Positions 1 through 12,441 of a stretch of DNA of 64,000 nt are shown in pieces; the first letter of the stretch is position 1; each line of letters opens with the position of its first letter. Location: assembly GCA_011109175.1 (NCBI GenBank), contig RDEW01000007.1, positions 1,068,295-1,132,294 on the forward strand. The letters run 5' to 3'. The stretch is from Dicyema japonicum. Taxonomy: Eukaryota; Animalia; Dicyemida. A program made the position numbers and the translations under genes. Under the pieces are notes generated by a model, which was not told the origin of the DNA, made no database searches, and saw only the letters and a list, made by a program, of their open reading frames with translations.

Positions 1-59
1 AAATGGGAGAAACAAATAAAACAAGCAGAAAAACTTAAACCAATTAGCCACGTATACCA

Positions 60-140
60 CATGGGCCACGCGGCGAATCACTGGATTCAAACCCACGACC
101 TTCAGATTCGATGCAATCAGACATTACATAAGGCCAACAT
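60..140 (-). repeat. degenerate tRNA-derived (SINE-like) head
   Basis: Minus strand reads TGGCCTTATG...TCTGA...GGTCGTGGGTTTGAATCC, an A-box/B-box-like arrangement, but no complete cloverleaf. Confidence 0.35.
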
Positions 141-289
141 TATCAAATAGAAAATAAAATTATTCGTAAGCGAATAAAATTAAATATTTAATTTTTAACA
201 AAAAAATATAATATATTGATTTTATTAGAGGAAAGTGGCGGATATCAACTAAGTACCTGTAAATCATTTACTTTTCAGATAATTTTCCT

Positions 290-770
290 TATTTTAGTGA
301 ATCTTTAACCTTCTCTCGAATGCACTGAAAAGTTTCATACCCCAACGACACATAAAAAGCCACAGTCCTTAACTCCACGCTTTGAGGCAAAAGAGCCCCG
401 AAGGATGTCGAACAACTTTCGAAAACATAGTCATAATGTTAATATTGTCGAGGTATCTTTAATACCACTACTTGAATATATTCTGGTTCTCATAAAATCT
501 CGTAGAAACGTTTTTATTTGCTGTTAACAAATATGTCCCAAATGTTCTTTTAGAATTCTTCACTCAGAGATTCCAAGTTATTCCTATTTTACCTCAAAAA
601 GAGCGTATAAATTGTCTTGTTTCTCGGATACTTCCAGTTTACGTTCAATCCTGTCAAAATTTTTTTTTTTCAAATATTCTTAGGTGTTTGAAACAAATGA
701 TGCTATGTTTATCTCATTCTTTAAATTTCCAACAAGTCCTTCGTTCCCCCTAATCGAAAACAGGACTTTT
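290..770 (-). pseudogene. GH18 chitinase-like pseudogene fragment
   Basis: Minus-strand pieces FD/GLNVNWKYP (cf. FDGLDLDWEYP), TFGTYLLTA and YLDNINIMT occur in GH18 order; stops and a frameshift are present. Confidence 0.5.
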
Positions 771-889
771 AGATCGTGACGTTGTTGTAGTTGTCGAATT
801 TTATTAAAAAAGTAATTTTATTCCAAAATTGGTTAACTAACGCAGAACCTGTAAGTCGATGAATAACGACGCATTTAATTATTTAGACG

Positions 890-985
890 GCCGATACGGC
901 TTGCATGGGCTCGATGAGCATTGGGCCAAGTTGAGGTCACTTTTGAAGCGCTTAGAATCATGTGATTAGTTAGTTGCTGAAACTT
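890..985 (+). mobile_element. 3' end of LINE family ending CVGSxExHxAxMxxL...GIT
   Basis: gcttgcatgggctcgatgagcattgggccaagttgaggtc...gtgattagttagtt matches 59135-59220. Confidence 0.6.
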
Positions 986-1334
986 GAAAACTTTAATATT
1001 CGTTAGCTGCAAAATGACAATTTATTTGTATGCAAAAAATCACTTCAATTTGATTTAATTCTACGCAAATTCTGAAAGCAGCACAATCGCTAATAAATTT
1101 TTTCGTTCGTTTTTTAATTTGATTTTCATTCAAGTAAAAAGTCCTAAAAGTGTCATATTTATTATCGAGACGTTAGTTTTTTACAATATGAAACGGTTTA
1201 TTATTGATTCTACGCACACTGATAAATTTATTAATCGGCATTTACCATTGGTTTTTCCTTTTACTACAAAAATATCATATTGTTGGTCACTAAGTTCAAA
1301 TTTTTTTTGACTGTTCTACTATTCCTTTTTACTA

Positions 1335-1545
1335 GAATGGCTCCTAGTGCCGGACTAGAAAAAAAGGAACTTTTGCTTTCCCCCATTCCACTGGAGTGGT
1401 TTCCACTACTGCAAGAAATAAACGTCTTTTACCTTATATGGTGGTTCTGATGAAGGACTCCTTTCCTCTAACAATGTAAACTGGATAAACTTAACTAGTT
1501 TTTTACTGTTGACTTTTTTCTCGGTGTATCTGGGGTTAATAAATT
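1335..1545 (+). repeat. short interspersed repeat (~210 bp), AT-rich tail
   Basis: ccactggag...ttccac...ctgcaag...ctggata-acttaa...gtatc-ggggttaataaa shared with 53010-53243 and, 3' part only, with 17765-17840. Confidence 0.65.
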
Positions 1546-1599
1546 AATTCAGTCAAGTTTTTGGATCTTCCAATGTTTTCAGCCTTAATATGACTAACG

Positions 1600-2050
1600 C
1601 TGTCATTCAACCTGTCTCTTATATATCGCAAAATGTAAAACCTTTAGACTCCGTAAAATCAATTCATAACACTATCCATAGCTGATTTCATATCTAAGAG
1701 AGCGAACCACGTGTCATGACAGAAAGTTCAAAAAGAAAATAGAATTGTCATTTTCGACAAAACTTAGTTGTCCAATTGATGTTTATCTAGATTCATCAAA
1801 CTGGAGACTGTATGGACTTTTCTAATACGTTTCACATCTGGGACAAAATATCACCAGCCATATCCTGAATTCTTCAAGATATTGTATCATTCGACAGAAG
1901 AACCTTTTTAAATTTAGATGCAAAATCATCAATGAGTAAATTCTTACGAAACCTTGACTTGGTTCTCTGATTTGAAGGAATTCTGGAAATAAGCCTCAAA
2001 ACTGTACAATAATTGTTTTTCAGGTGGAATATATTCGAGCAAAAAGATCG
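1600..2050 (-). mobile_element. hAT (Buster/ZBED-like) transposase remnant
   Basis: Minus strand KVLLSNDTIS*RIQDMAGDILSQ...YSLQFDES matches the Buster motif LSNxTxxRRIxDM...FSLQLDES; contains stops. Confidence 0.6.
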
Positions 2051-2109
2051 ATGAGCAAAATATATGAACGTTTACCACCACACATCACATCATTGGATTT
2101 GCGTGAGTA

Positions 2110-2262
2110 TTATTATATTAAAAAGCACTCCCGAGAAAACATACAATTAGTTAAGTTTCCTTGTGCCGTATTCCGAATCATCCTCTCCGTTAGCTTCGAC
2201 AATGATCTTAGTTGTCCACTAGTTCTCTTAGATAGTCCAGGTCGTCCGCCATTTCCATTATA
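2110..2262 (-). mobile_element. RTE-like LINE 3' end fragment
   Basis: Reverse complement of 35716-35880 (MEMADDLDYLRELV...), with a TAA-rich tail. Confidence 0.65.
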
Positions 2263-2510
2263 ATATCAGACGATGTTTACACTCTTGTAACGTAGTGAAT
2301 CAGGTCCTGATGGACTGCAAATCCGAGACCATAATGTAGGCAGGCCGACGGGAGTGTAAATAGGTAGAATTTTCCAAACAATTCTGTACACGGTCGTTTT
2401 TGTCTCTTGTAGACAGCAGACAGAGACGTCATAATTGGTTAGATCGCATACCAGTTGGTGTTTCATGTAAGATTGTATAAGTCCTCTGGAATTGAAAATC
2501 CCAGAGTGAA
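2263..2510 (-). mobile_element. LINE AP-endonuclease N-terminal remnant
   Basis: IFNSRGL...VCCLQETK...HYGLGFAV motifs, similar to the 5' part of the RTE at 40550-40930. Confidence 0.6.
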
Positions 2511-3399
2511 CGGAGAAGTCGGTAAGGAATACGAATCCTAATCGGAGATTTTTCTGCGTGAGTGTCCGGTCATTAAATACAACAAAAATAATTACTTTAA
2601 CTAAAAAATAAAATCTCGATCAAATAAGACTAATCAACCAAAAAAACCAAAAAACGACAAAGCACAGTAATAACCGAGGCAGCTAATAAAGCAGTGACAA
2701 TTTCGAAGGACAAAATAATATCGACATACACATATAGAGGATCATCGACAGGTAATCAATGATCACATAGCGTCTCTCGATACGTCAAAATTTAAAGGAA
2801 GCAGGTCATTGATTCTGCTAGACAGAATCAGATCGCTCGTCGCGAAGAAAAAATGATAAGAAATTTAAAAAAATATGATAAATTCAAGGTCATTATACCG
2901 CAAAATCGATTGTTACAATTCATATAGAAAGTTGCTCAATTTTAATATCAGTGTCTTAAGCGATCTTAAAAAGAGATCTTCTAAGGCCCTATGACTTAAC
3001 TTGTCTCGGCGACAACAGTCTGCTCATGAAATCTAATCAGAGGCTGTTGCAATTTGGTTATTTAAAGTTCTCGAATACTAGCGATGCCTCCTTTACATTC
3101 AATGGGGAATCCTATAATTTTGACTGCAAAAAGGTGTATGCAGATGTCACAGTGCGATTCAGATTTTTGCAGAGATAAAAAACTGTGATCATAATACGAA
3201 AACCTTGACTACTTAAAAGAGAAAGCAAGAAAAGAGCTACTTAAAAGAGGATAATTACGAAATTATTATGAAAGTGCTTGGGACTATTTAAAATGAAAAA
3301 AACAACGAGAAAATTAATAGCAGTTAAAGAACAGGAAGATATTCCATTGATCTTATATTTCGGCATTTAATAACAAATGTGATGAGTCCGATGATTGTA

Positions 3400-4400
3400 A
3401 GTTAGAAAAGAGAACATAATTCCTATAATCATAAAATTTTTTGAATCATTAGAATTTGTATTTTTTCCAGGAGTTACTTTTTCAAAACACTCCGACTCTA
3501 AAATTCAGGAAAAATCAAACCTTTTCCAGTATAATGGGAATTAAACTCACTTTGAAGAATTTGTGCCTTAAATGATGAAAACTCAGCATATATGTCATCA
3601 GAAAATTTAGTGAGAGACAATTTGAAGTTACAGAATTTCCAACATCAATCAATTTGCTCTTATTAGGACTCCAAGACCCATTATAGATTTCATCGATGAC
3701 TATCTGAAAATTGGAGATATAATATTTGTTTTGAGACAAAATAAAAGTAAAAAGTATTTCAAAATGTCGCCTCTTAAGAGATAACTCAACACTATTGTCA
3801 TCAAAATTAATCTTCGTCTCCAGATTCGCGAAAACTAACAAATTATCAATCTAATATTAAAATATACAATTTACAATTTTAACAGTGTGATTATAAAAAA
3901 AGGTGATTCTAAAATGCCCACTTAATATTCCTTTCAGTCGATTTTCCGCAATAAAATACCAATATTGAACATTTGGATCGTTAGATGGATCACAGTCATG
4001 TGCTGAATTAAATTATGTCAAACCTTTTCCAATAAAAAATGGATTGATTGTTTAATGTAGTATTCTATCACCAAAGAATATAATGTGAGATATAACCATT
4101 CTCAAAACTTACGGACATATATCCGCATCTGTAATAATCTCCATGTTTAATATTTGGTAGATTTGTTGTATTTGTGTAGGTTTTATTATCTTTGAGTGTT
4201 AACTATTAAATACTAGAATTTAATTCTATTTTTATTGAGATGTTGTAAAATTTGTCTGAAAATTCAATAAAAAATTGGTAGATCAAATTATTTGTTTGAT
4301 TGTAATTGGCATTTTCATAATACAAGAAATAGTTTTAATTGAATAATGTTTGTCTACCATTATTATTCATAAATACATTTGTAAGTGTACTTTTCAATAA
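3400..4400 (-). CDS. putative orphan gene with micro-introns (Asn-rich, possibly secreted); may be degenerate
   Basis: 108-aa ORF 3515-3841 is preceded by a GT..AG micro-intron (gtaaattgtatattttaatattag) and further open stretches rich in NxS/T; no family recognised. Confidence 0.3.
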
Positions 4401-5329
4401 CTTTTAAAATATACTGACTTTGGATGTTTAAAGTCGAAATTCGTAATTGAAAACAAATACAGTAACAACAACATAATATGTATAATGAACACGTCGATGT
4501 GTATAATTTAGGTCACTTGTTATATTATTGAATTTATTTTTAATAATTAAAAAAATGATTTTTATATTAATTTTATAATTATACTTATTTTCGTGAATTC
4601 ATTAATCAAGAAAGTCCTCCATATTGCAATGTTAACGTCTTTAAGAATTTCATGGTATTTTATCGTAATCTACCAAAAGTCCTTCAGTTTTGGCGGAATC
4701 TTTAATGATCGAAAAAAATTTAATCAGCGATATTCGTAAATGATCAAAACAAATATTTAATGCACAATCGAATAAATATTTATTACCAAATGATTTAATA
4801 TATCTTTAAATTGTAAACGTATTTCCTTTAATCGTCAGGGAAAATGGGTTCTCAATTATGAGACTGGCCACTAGTAGTTAACTGCTTGTTTTTGTATTAA
4901 ACCGTTTTTATTAAAAAAAAGATTAATACTAGGAGAATATTCTGAAGTGAATTGAATATAAAAATTAATGCCAGTATTAACAAATAATACAGATATTCAT
5001 TAATAGGTGGCATAAAAGGAATTCATACACAGATCGTTAATTCATACACAAATTAATTAATTAATTTTTGCTTCTTTTATTGCTTAAAGTGGATAGGATA
5101 AGATAGTAAATTAATTTATTGGTGGACCCCTATTCTTTAAATGTCTAATTAATTACATACTATGTCTCCCGGTGGTATGAATATTTGGATTTGTTTTTTC
5201 TCAAATCATTGCGAAATTAGCCTAAAGGTCACGAACAATGAAGCCAATGACAATTCCATCTAAAATTGAATGTTGTCATAAACTCATTTTATTAAAATTA
5301 TACAATTTTATTTATTTAACAGCCCTTAC

Positions 5330-5537
5330 GGAAGAAGTATGTATTGTTTCCATAACTTAAACCTCACCTTAGGCAGTCACACTATATTTTAAGAGTAATA
5401 GGAGAAATGTTTATTAATCCAAGTGTTATCTAAGACATTTAAAAATTTCTTAATTTTTTTTCTTGTTTGTGAGTCCCAGAAGACAATTCAGTTCGCAGAT
5501 GATACGCTCGCTGATAACGGCGTCACTCGTAACCCCA
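5330..5537 (-). mobile_element. SINE subfamily 2 fragment (shared core, different tail)
   Basis: ctgataacggcgtcactcgtaaccc and gacaattcagttcgcag match the core of the main SINE; the tail resembles 16960-17062. Confidence 0.5.
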
Positions 5538-5859
5538 ATTTTATTTTTGTTATAATTTTTGGGATTTTTTTGACTTTATAAATGCGAAATTTTGACTTAA
5601 AAAATTGCAATCTTCGTATCCTTATCTTATCGAGACTTTATTTAATGATGAAAATTCAGCGTTCTCAATCCTTTTGGGTGCTTAAACTCGAGAGATACCT
5701 CGTTTTGTTGTTTAGTGACGAACCTAGACGGCCTTGTTTTGAAGGACATGTCTGTGTCTTCTGGGTTTTCTGTGTGATGCCCTCGACCCTGAATCACTAT
5801 TCTCCAAGTAGCTGGGATTATTTGGAAATGGCGTTAATATCGGAATCTGTTCATGAATT

Positions 5860-6795
5860 TTTGGAACGACCGATTACACTTGATGATACTGGTAGTGATC
5901 ATTTACCAATCCTTTATAAACTCTAAAGTCTATTCGATTAACAAAAATTTCCTTTTGACAACAAAAATGTTATAATTTTTTTGAAAAGGAAACAATGTTT
6001 GAAAAACGAACTACGTCGATGTCTGATCCTCATGACCGTATGCTCATGGAGCTAGAGATTATGATGATCAGGCAAGAAATACGCAGATTAGAAATAGTTA
6101 AGAATAATAATTTTTGAAAAGCTCAGTGGAGCGAATTGTATCGAAAAAAACCCAAACTTTTGGAAAGTCTAAATAAAGTAACCGGACGTAAATCCAAAAT
6201 AGAAATTCCACTGTTGCCATGTCATGTGGGTCTCCTGTATTTTTAGAAAAGATTCCTATCCTGTTTAGGAGACGAACTCTCGAAAATACAGCAGATTAAC
6301 CCTGATGAGCGACTGTCTCGTTTGGCCATCAGTTTTCTAAAAGAAAAGCTGGAAAATTGATTAGTTCTTTACCTCCACAGCCCTATAAATACTGAGAAGT
6401 TGAAAATGCGGTAAATGCACCAAAACCAATGTTTGGAAAGGGCAAGATCGCTATTTGTTAATTCAAGAAGCACCCCAGGTACTCTATGAATATCTGGGAT
6501 GTCTCTATACGTGCAGTATCAGGTTGGGTTATATACATTCGCATTAAAATTTTGCAAAGGTTTTCTTGGAGACCTCTAAACCCTACACCTTTTGATGAAT
6601 TTGTGAGGAAATCCGGAGCCTTACTACCCTACAAAAAAGTTAGAAACCCCCGCCAAATCCAGAAATGCGTTGGATCCCGGGAAAAACACCGAGCAAGAAT
6701 GAGATGGCTATTCGAGGCGACCGGAATCACCTGGCGGCTATGTAGTTATTTAGTCGGTGATTTTTTGTATTTAATAATGATAATTGGAAATTGAC
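5860..6795 (+). mobile_element. decayed LINE (APE remnant to C-terminus)
   Basis: GSDHLPI endonuclease motif; C-terminal CVGSREKHRARMRWLFEATGIT nearly identical to 26870-27105. Confidence 0.7.
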
Positions 6796-7299
6796 AGAGG
6801 TCAGGAAATTCGTGAATCTGGAAAACCTGGGTATTTAACAATCAGTTATCGGCCAATTGATTTTCTAAAGCTCATTCATTGATTTTCCCTCATCAATTAG
6901 TTATGATAACTGTTTTTTTACGTAAAATAAAGTGTGGATCCTACCAGGAAAGAGCAATAGCTGATAAGGCTCTCCGTAAAATGCAGTATTATATAAACTA
7001 CTACTTCAGACAAAAATGAAAGAACATCAAACACTGTCGGCTCTTCAGAAAATCAGTTATCATTTCACGGGTTCTGTAATAGATCACCTGACGACGGTGT
7101 TACTCGTCAAGCCTTGAAGTATCTTAGATGCATGATCTTTGAACCAGAATTGACAGTAGCGAGATTCAAACCGGACATCTGAATTTTGTCTGGTACTTCT
7201 AACACTGCGCCATCCGACAAAAATTCTATTATTTGTTACAAGGTTTTCAGATTTGTTTATAACTTTTTAAAATGTTTAATATTATTAAAGGCAACTATC

Positions 7300-8145
7300 G
7301 TAGAATAATAATTTTTATATTTCCACACGTGCTGCACGTAAAGCGATTTTTCGGATCAATCTTGTCCATCCTCCCTGTTACTCGCCAAACTTCTCATAGC
7401 ATCCAGGTCCTCCCCAATATACAATTCGGATCGCGGAATTAGACAATGGTTACTGCTAAGGGAAAGAACGACACGAAAGCCACGCAGCAGCACTTCTCGT
7501 CCTCCGGAAGTGCTACGGCTGATTATTCACTTTGGATAACAAGACGCCGTACAAGGCAAAACCTGCTAAACCTGCAAATGATCTTACGAAACACACCCCA
7601 CGAAAGTGGCCAACCTACAGACGAACCAATGAAAGCAGATCCTATAGACACCGGACTCTATTGATCACAGTCGATTCTACTATGAGTGCGATAAAGATTG
7701 CAAACGTTCTACGATGCTATGACCAGTACGGATTATGAGGATGAACACGTTGACATTCTTCGGCTTCCCAAATGGTAGTCAGAAATCAGATGGCATGCTT
7801 CAATAGATCTGTCGTTTTTCTGTTAACACACTTTGTAAGCAATAGATGCCCGGTGGAGGCTATTTGGACATGTACTAAGAATGAACTCGGACGCACCCGC
7901 TAACAAATCGATGGAAAATTTCTTTGCGACAAACCTTCTCGCGGACGACTTAGATCGACAATTCCACCTGCCTTAAATAAAAATCTAAATCGTGTGAGAA
8001 AAAATCTAAAGACGGGGACGACCTGGACGAATTGAGATCACTAGCAGAGGAAGATGGAAGAGATTAACTATAAATATAGTTTCCATGAGTGTTGCACATG
8101 CAGAGCTATACAAATTATGGTTTTCGTGAAAGTGTCATAATAACA
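7300..8145 (+). mobile_element. RTE-like LINE 3' portion with 3'UTR
   Basis: RWRLFGHVLRMNSDAPAN...GDDLDELRSL, homologous to 61727-62002; the 3'UTR at 8098-8131 matches the SINE tail. Confidence 0.7.
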
Positions 8146-8326
8146 GTCATTTGATTATTAACAATTTATAAAACGAAAGTTCTAATAAGATTTAACAAAA
8201 ATCATGGTGGTAGATAACATATCGTTAAAATAAATCATCTGCAAATTGGTTAAAAATTTGATTTAACAAAATTAATTGAGTTATGAATAATAATAAGTTT
8301 ATTTTGACATCGCTGGCATTGTTTAG

Positions 8327-8557
8327 ATTGCTACGAGAAACCACCTTGCAAGGTTTGTGGTGACAGGTCATCGGGGGATCACTATGGAGTTGTAACTTGC
8401 GAAGGATGCAAAGTAACTTAATCATTATAAACTATAGGGGTTTTTCAGACGGTCTCAGATAGCCAATGCGACCTACAAGTGCTTTAAATATGAGACATGT
8501 GAGGTAGACAAAGAGAACAGAAATAAATGTCAACATTGTCGATACAAAAATGTTTGA
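8327..8557 (+). CDS. nuclear receptor NR1F (ROR/HR3-like) DNA-binding domain exons; partial gene
   Basis: Exon 8327-8412 [28 protein letters not shown], 25-nt intron 8413-8437, exon from 8438 [37 protein letters not shown]. Downstream long units supply LELGMSRS|AMKFGRMSK, the ROR/HR3 CTE signature (AVKFGRMSK). Confidence 0.9.
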
Positions 8558-11500
8558 GTAAGTATTACAATACTGGACACCTGCAGATGGCCTGTCGGGA
8601 GCTTCGATTATTTGATAAACGACGTTAGACTCTTCTGGGACCTAAGTAACTAAATCATTATAACTATAGAACTTTTACGGACGGTCTCAGATAGCCAATG
8701 CGACCTACAAGTGTTTCAAATATGGGACATGCATGGTCGACAAAGAGAACAGAAATTATTGTCAACATTGTCGATACAAAAATGTTTGGAATTGGGAATG
8801 TCCAGAAGTGGTATGTAAAATATATGATGATAATAACTTTTGACTTATCCATTATATTATCTGATAGCTATGAAATTTGGAGAATGTCTAAGAATACAAA
8901 AAACAGAGTTGGGGATTCAGGTTTACTATAACAAACGCATTATACATGATTTTAATGGATCTGCAAATCCATATTCCTCAGAGCGTCAAAAACGAAGTAA
9001 TTTGTAGTAATATTAATAGACGGTTTATCTCCCGAGTTATGACATAAAGTAAGAAAGCAGCCTGATAGTTACAATTACGGCAGTTTGTCAATGAGAAAGT
9101 CCATAGTAAGTATTACAATACTGGACACCTGCAGATGGCCTGTCGGGAGCTTCGATTATTTGATAAACGACGTTAGACTCTTTCTGGGACCTAAGTAACT
9201 AAATCATTATAACTATAGAACTTTTTACGGACGGTCTCAGATAGCCAATGCGACCTACAAGTGTTTAAAATATGAACATGCATGGTCGACAAAGAGAACA
9301 GAAATTATTGTTCAACATTGTCGATACAAAAATGTTTGAGTAAGTATTACAATACTGGACACCTGCAGATGGCCTGTCGGGAGCTTCGATTATTTGATAA
9401 ACGACGTTAGACTCTTCTGGGACCTAAGTAACTAAATCATTATAACTATAGAACTTTTACGGACGGTCTCAGATAGCCAATGCGACCTACAAGTGTTTCA
9501 AATATGGGAAATGCATGGTCGACAAAGATAACAGAAATTATTGTCAACATTGCCGATACAAAAATGTTTGAGTAAGTATTACAATACTGGACACCTGCAG
9601 ATGGCCTGTCGGGAGCTTCGATTATTTGATAAACGACGTTAGACTCTTCTGGGACCTAAGTAACTAAATCATTATAACTATAGAACTTTTACGGACGGTC
9701 TCAGATAGCCAATGCGACCTACAAGTGTTTCAAATATGAGACATGCATGGTCGACAAAGAGAACAGAAATTATTGTCAACATTGTCGATACAAAAATGTT
9801 TGAGTAAGTATTACAATACTGGACACCTGCAGATGGCCTGTCGGGAGCTTCGATTATTTGATAAACGACGTTAGACTCTTCTGGGACCTAAGTAACTAAA
9901 TCATTATAACTATAGAACTTTTACGGACGGTCTCAGATAGCCAATGCGACCTACAAGTGTTTCAAATATGGGAAATGCATGGTCGACAAAGATAACAGAA
10001 TTATTGTCAACATTGCCGATACAAAAATGTTTGAGTAAGTATTACAATACTGGACACCTGCAGATGGCCTGTCGGGAGCTTCGATTATTTGATAAACGAC
10101 GTTAGACTCTTCTGGGACCTAAGTAACTAAATCATTATAACTATAGAACTTTTACGGACGGTCTCAGATAGCCAATGCGACCTACAAGTGTTTCAAATAT
10201 GGGAAATGCATGGTCGACAAAGAGAACAGAAATTATTGTCAACATTGTCGATACAAAAATGTTTGAGTAAGATTACAATACCTGCAGATGGCCTGTCGGG
10301 AGCTTCGATTATTTGATAAACGACGTTAGACTCTTCTGGGACCTAAGTAACTAAATCATTATAACTATAGAACTTTTACGGACGGTCTCAGATAGCCAAT
10401 GCGACCTACAAGTGTTTCAAATATGGACATGCATGGTCGACAAAGAGAACAGAAATTATTGTCAACATTGTCGATACAAAAATGTTTGGAATTGGGAATG
10501 TCCAGAAGTGGTATGTAAAATATATTGATGATAATAACTTTTGACTTATCATTATTATTATCTGATAGCTATGAAATTTGGGAGAATGTCTAAGAATACA
10601 AAAACAGAGTTGGGGATCAGGTTTACTATAACAAACGCATTATACATGATTTTAATGATCTGCAAATCCATATTGCTCTGAACATCAAAAACGAAGTAAT
10701 TTGTACTAATATTAATAGACGGTTATCCCCGAGTTATGACATAAAGTAAGAAAGCAGCTGATAGTTACAATTACGACAGTTTGTCAATGAGAAAGTCCAT
10801 AGTAAGTATTACAATACTGGACACCTGCAGATGGCCTGTCGGGAGCTTCGATTATTTGATAAACGACGTTAGACTCTTCTGGGACCTAAGTAACTAAATC
10901 ATTATAACTATAGAACTTTTACGGACGGTCTCAGATAGCCAATGCGACCTACAAGTGTTTAAAATATGAGACATGCATGGTCGACAAAGAGAACAGAAAT
11001 TATTGTCAACATTGTCGATACAAAAATGTTTGGAATTGGGAATGTCCAGAAGTGGTATGTAAAATATATTGATGATAATAACTTTTGACTTATCATTATT
11101 ATTATCTGATAGCTATGAAATTTGGGAGAATGTCTAAGAATACAAAAACAGAGTTGGGGATCAGGTTTACTATAACAAACGCATTATACATGATTTTAAT
11201 GATCTGCAAATCCATATTGCTCTGAACATCAAAAACGAAGTAATTTGTACTAATATTAATAGACGGTTATCTCCCGAGTTATGACATAAAGTAAGAAAGC
11301 AGCTGATAGTTACAATTACGGCAGTTTGTCAATGAGAAAGTCCATAGTAAGTATTACAATACTGGACACCTGCAGATGGCCTGTCGGGAGCTTCGATTAT
11401 TTGATAAACGACGTTAGACTCTTCTGGGACCTAAGTAACTAAATCATTATAACTATAGAACTTTTACGGACGGTCTCAGATAGCCAATGCGACCTACAAG

Positions 11501-12441
11501 TGTTTCAAATATGGGACATGCATGGTCGACAAAGAGAACAGAAATTATTGTCAACATTGTCGATACAAAAATGTTTGAGTAAGTATTACAATACTGGACA
11601 CCTGCAGATGGCCTGTCGGGAGCTTCGATTATTTGATAAACGACGTTAGACTCTTCTGGGACCTAAGTAACTAAATCATTATAACTATAGAACTTTTACG
11701 GACGGTCTCAGATAGCCAATGCGACCTACAAGTGTTTCAAATATGAGACATGCATGGTCGACAAAGAGAACAGAAATTATTGTCAACATTGTCGATACAA
11801 AAATGTTTGAGTAAGTATTACAATACTGGACACCTGCAGATGGCCTGTCGGGAGCTTCGATTATTTGATAAACGACGTTAGACTCTTCTGGGACCTAAGT
11901 AACTAAATCATTATAACTATAGAACTTTTACGGACGGTCTCAGATAGCCAATGCGACCTACAAGTGTTTCAAATATGGGACATGCATGGTCGACAAAGAG
12001 AACAGAAATTATTGTCAACATTGTCGATACAAAAATGTTTGGAATTGGGAATGTCCAGAAGTGGTATGTAAAATATATTGATGATAATAACTTTTGACTT
12101 ATCATTATTATTATCTGATAGCTATGAAATTTGGGAGAATGTCTAAGAATACAAAAACAGAGTTGGGGATCAGGTTTACTATAACAAACGCATTATACAT
12201 GATTTTAATGATCTGCAAATCCATATTGCTCTGAACATCAAAAACGAAGTAATTTGTACTAATATTAATAGACGGTTATCTCCCGAGTTATGACATAAAG
12301 TAAGAAAGCAGCTGATAGTTACAATTACGGCAGTTTGTCAATGAGAAAGTCCATAGTAAGTATTACAATACTGGACACCTGCAGATGGCCTGTCGGGAGC
12401 TTCGATTATTTGATAAACGACGTTAGACTCTTCTGGGACCT
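8411..12441 (+). repeat. tandem array of nuclear-receptor ZF2 exon units (12 copies: 8 short of ~224-233 bp, 4 long of ~543-549 bp)
   Basis: Marker ctgggacct at about 8635, 9184, 9417, 9649, 9881, 10112, 10336, 10879, 11424, 11656, 11888 and 12433; long units also carry the CTE exon and part of the hinge. Confidence 0.95.

Noticed and set aside
2900-3200. MULE/SWIM transposase remnant (CRC...CDH)
   Set aside because: Only a short motif needing a frameshift; too weak to call.
8664-8852. Minus-strand ORFs in the array (also 11917-12105)
   Set aside because: Antisense shadows of the ZF2 exon.
8411-12441. CRISPR-like array
   Set aside because: Units are whole near-identical duplicates without unique spacers, there are no cas genes, and the sequence derives from a nuclear receptor gene.
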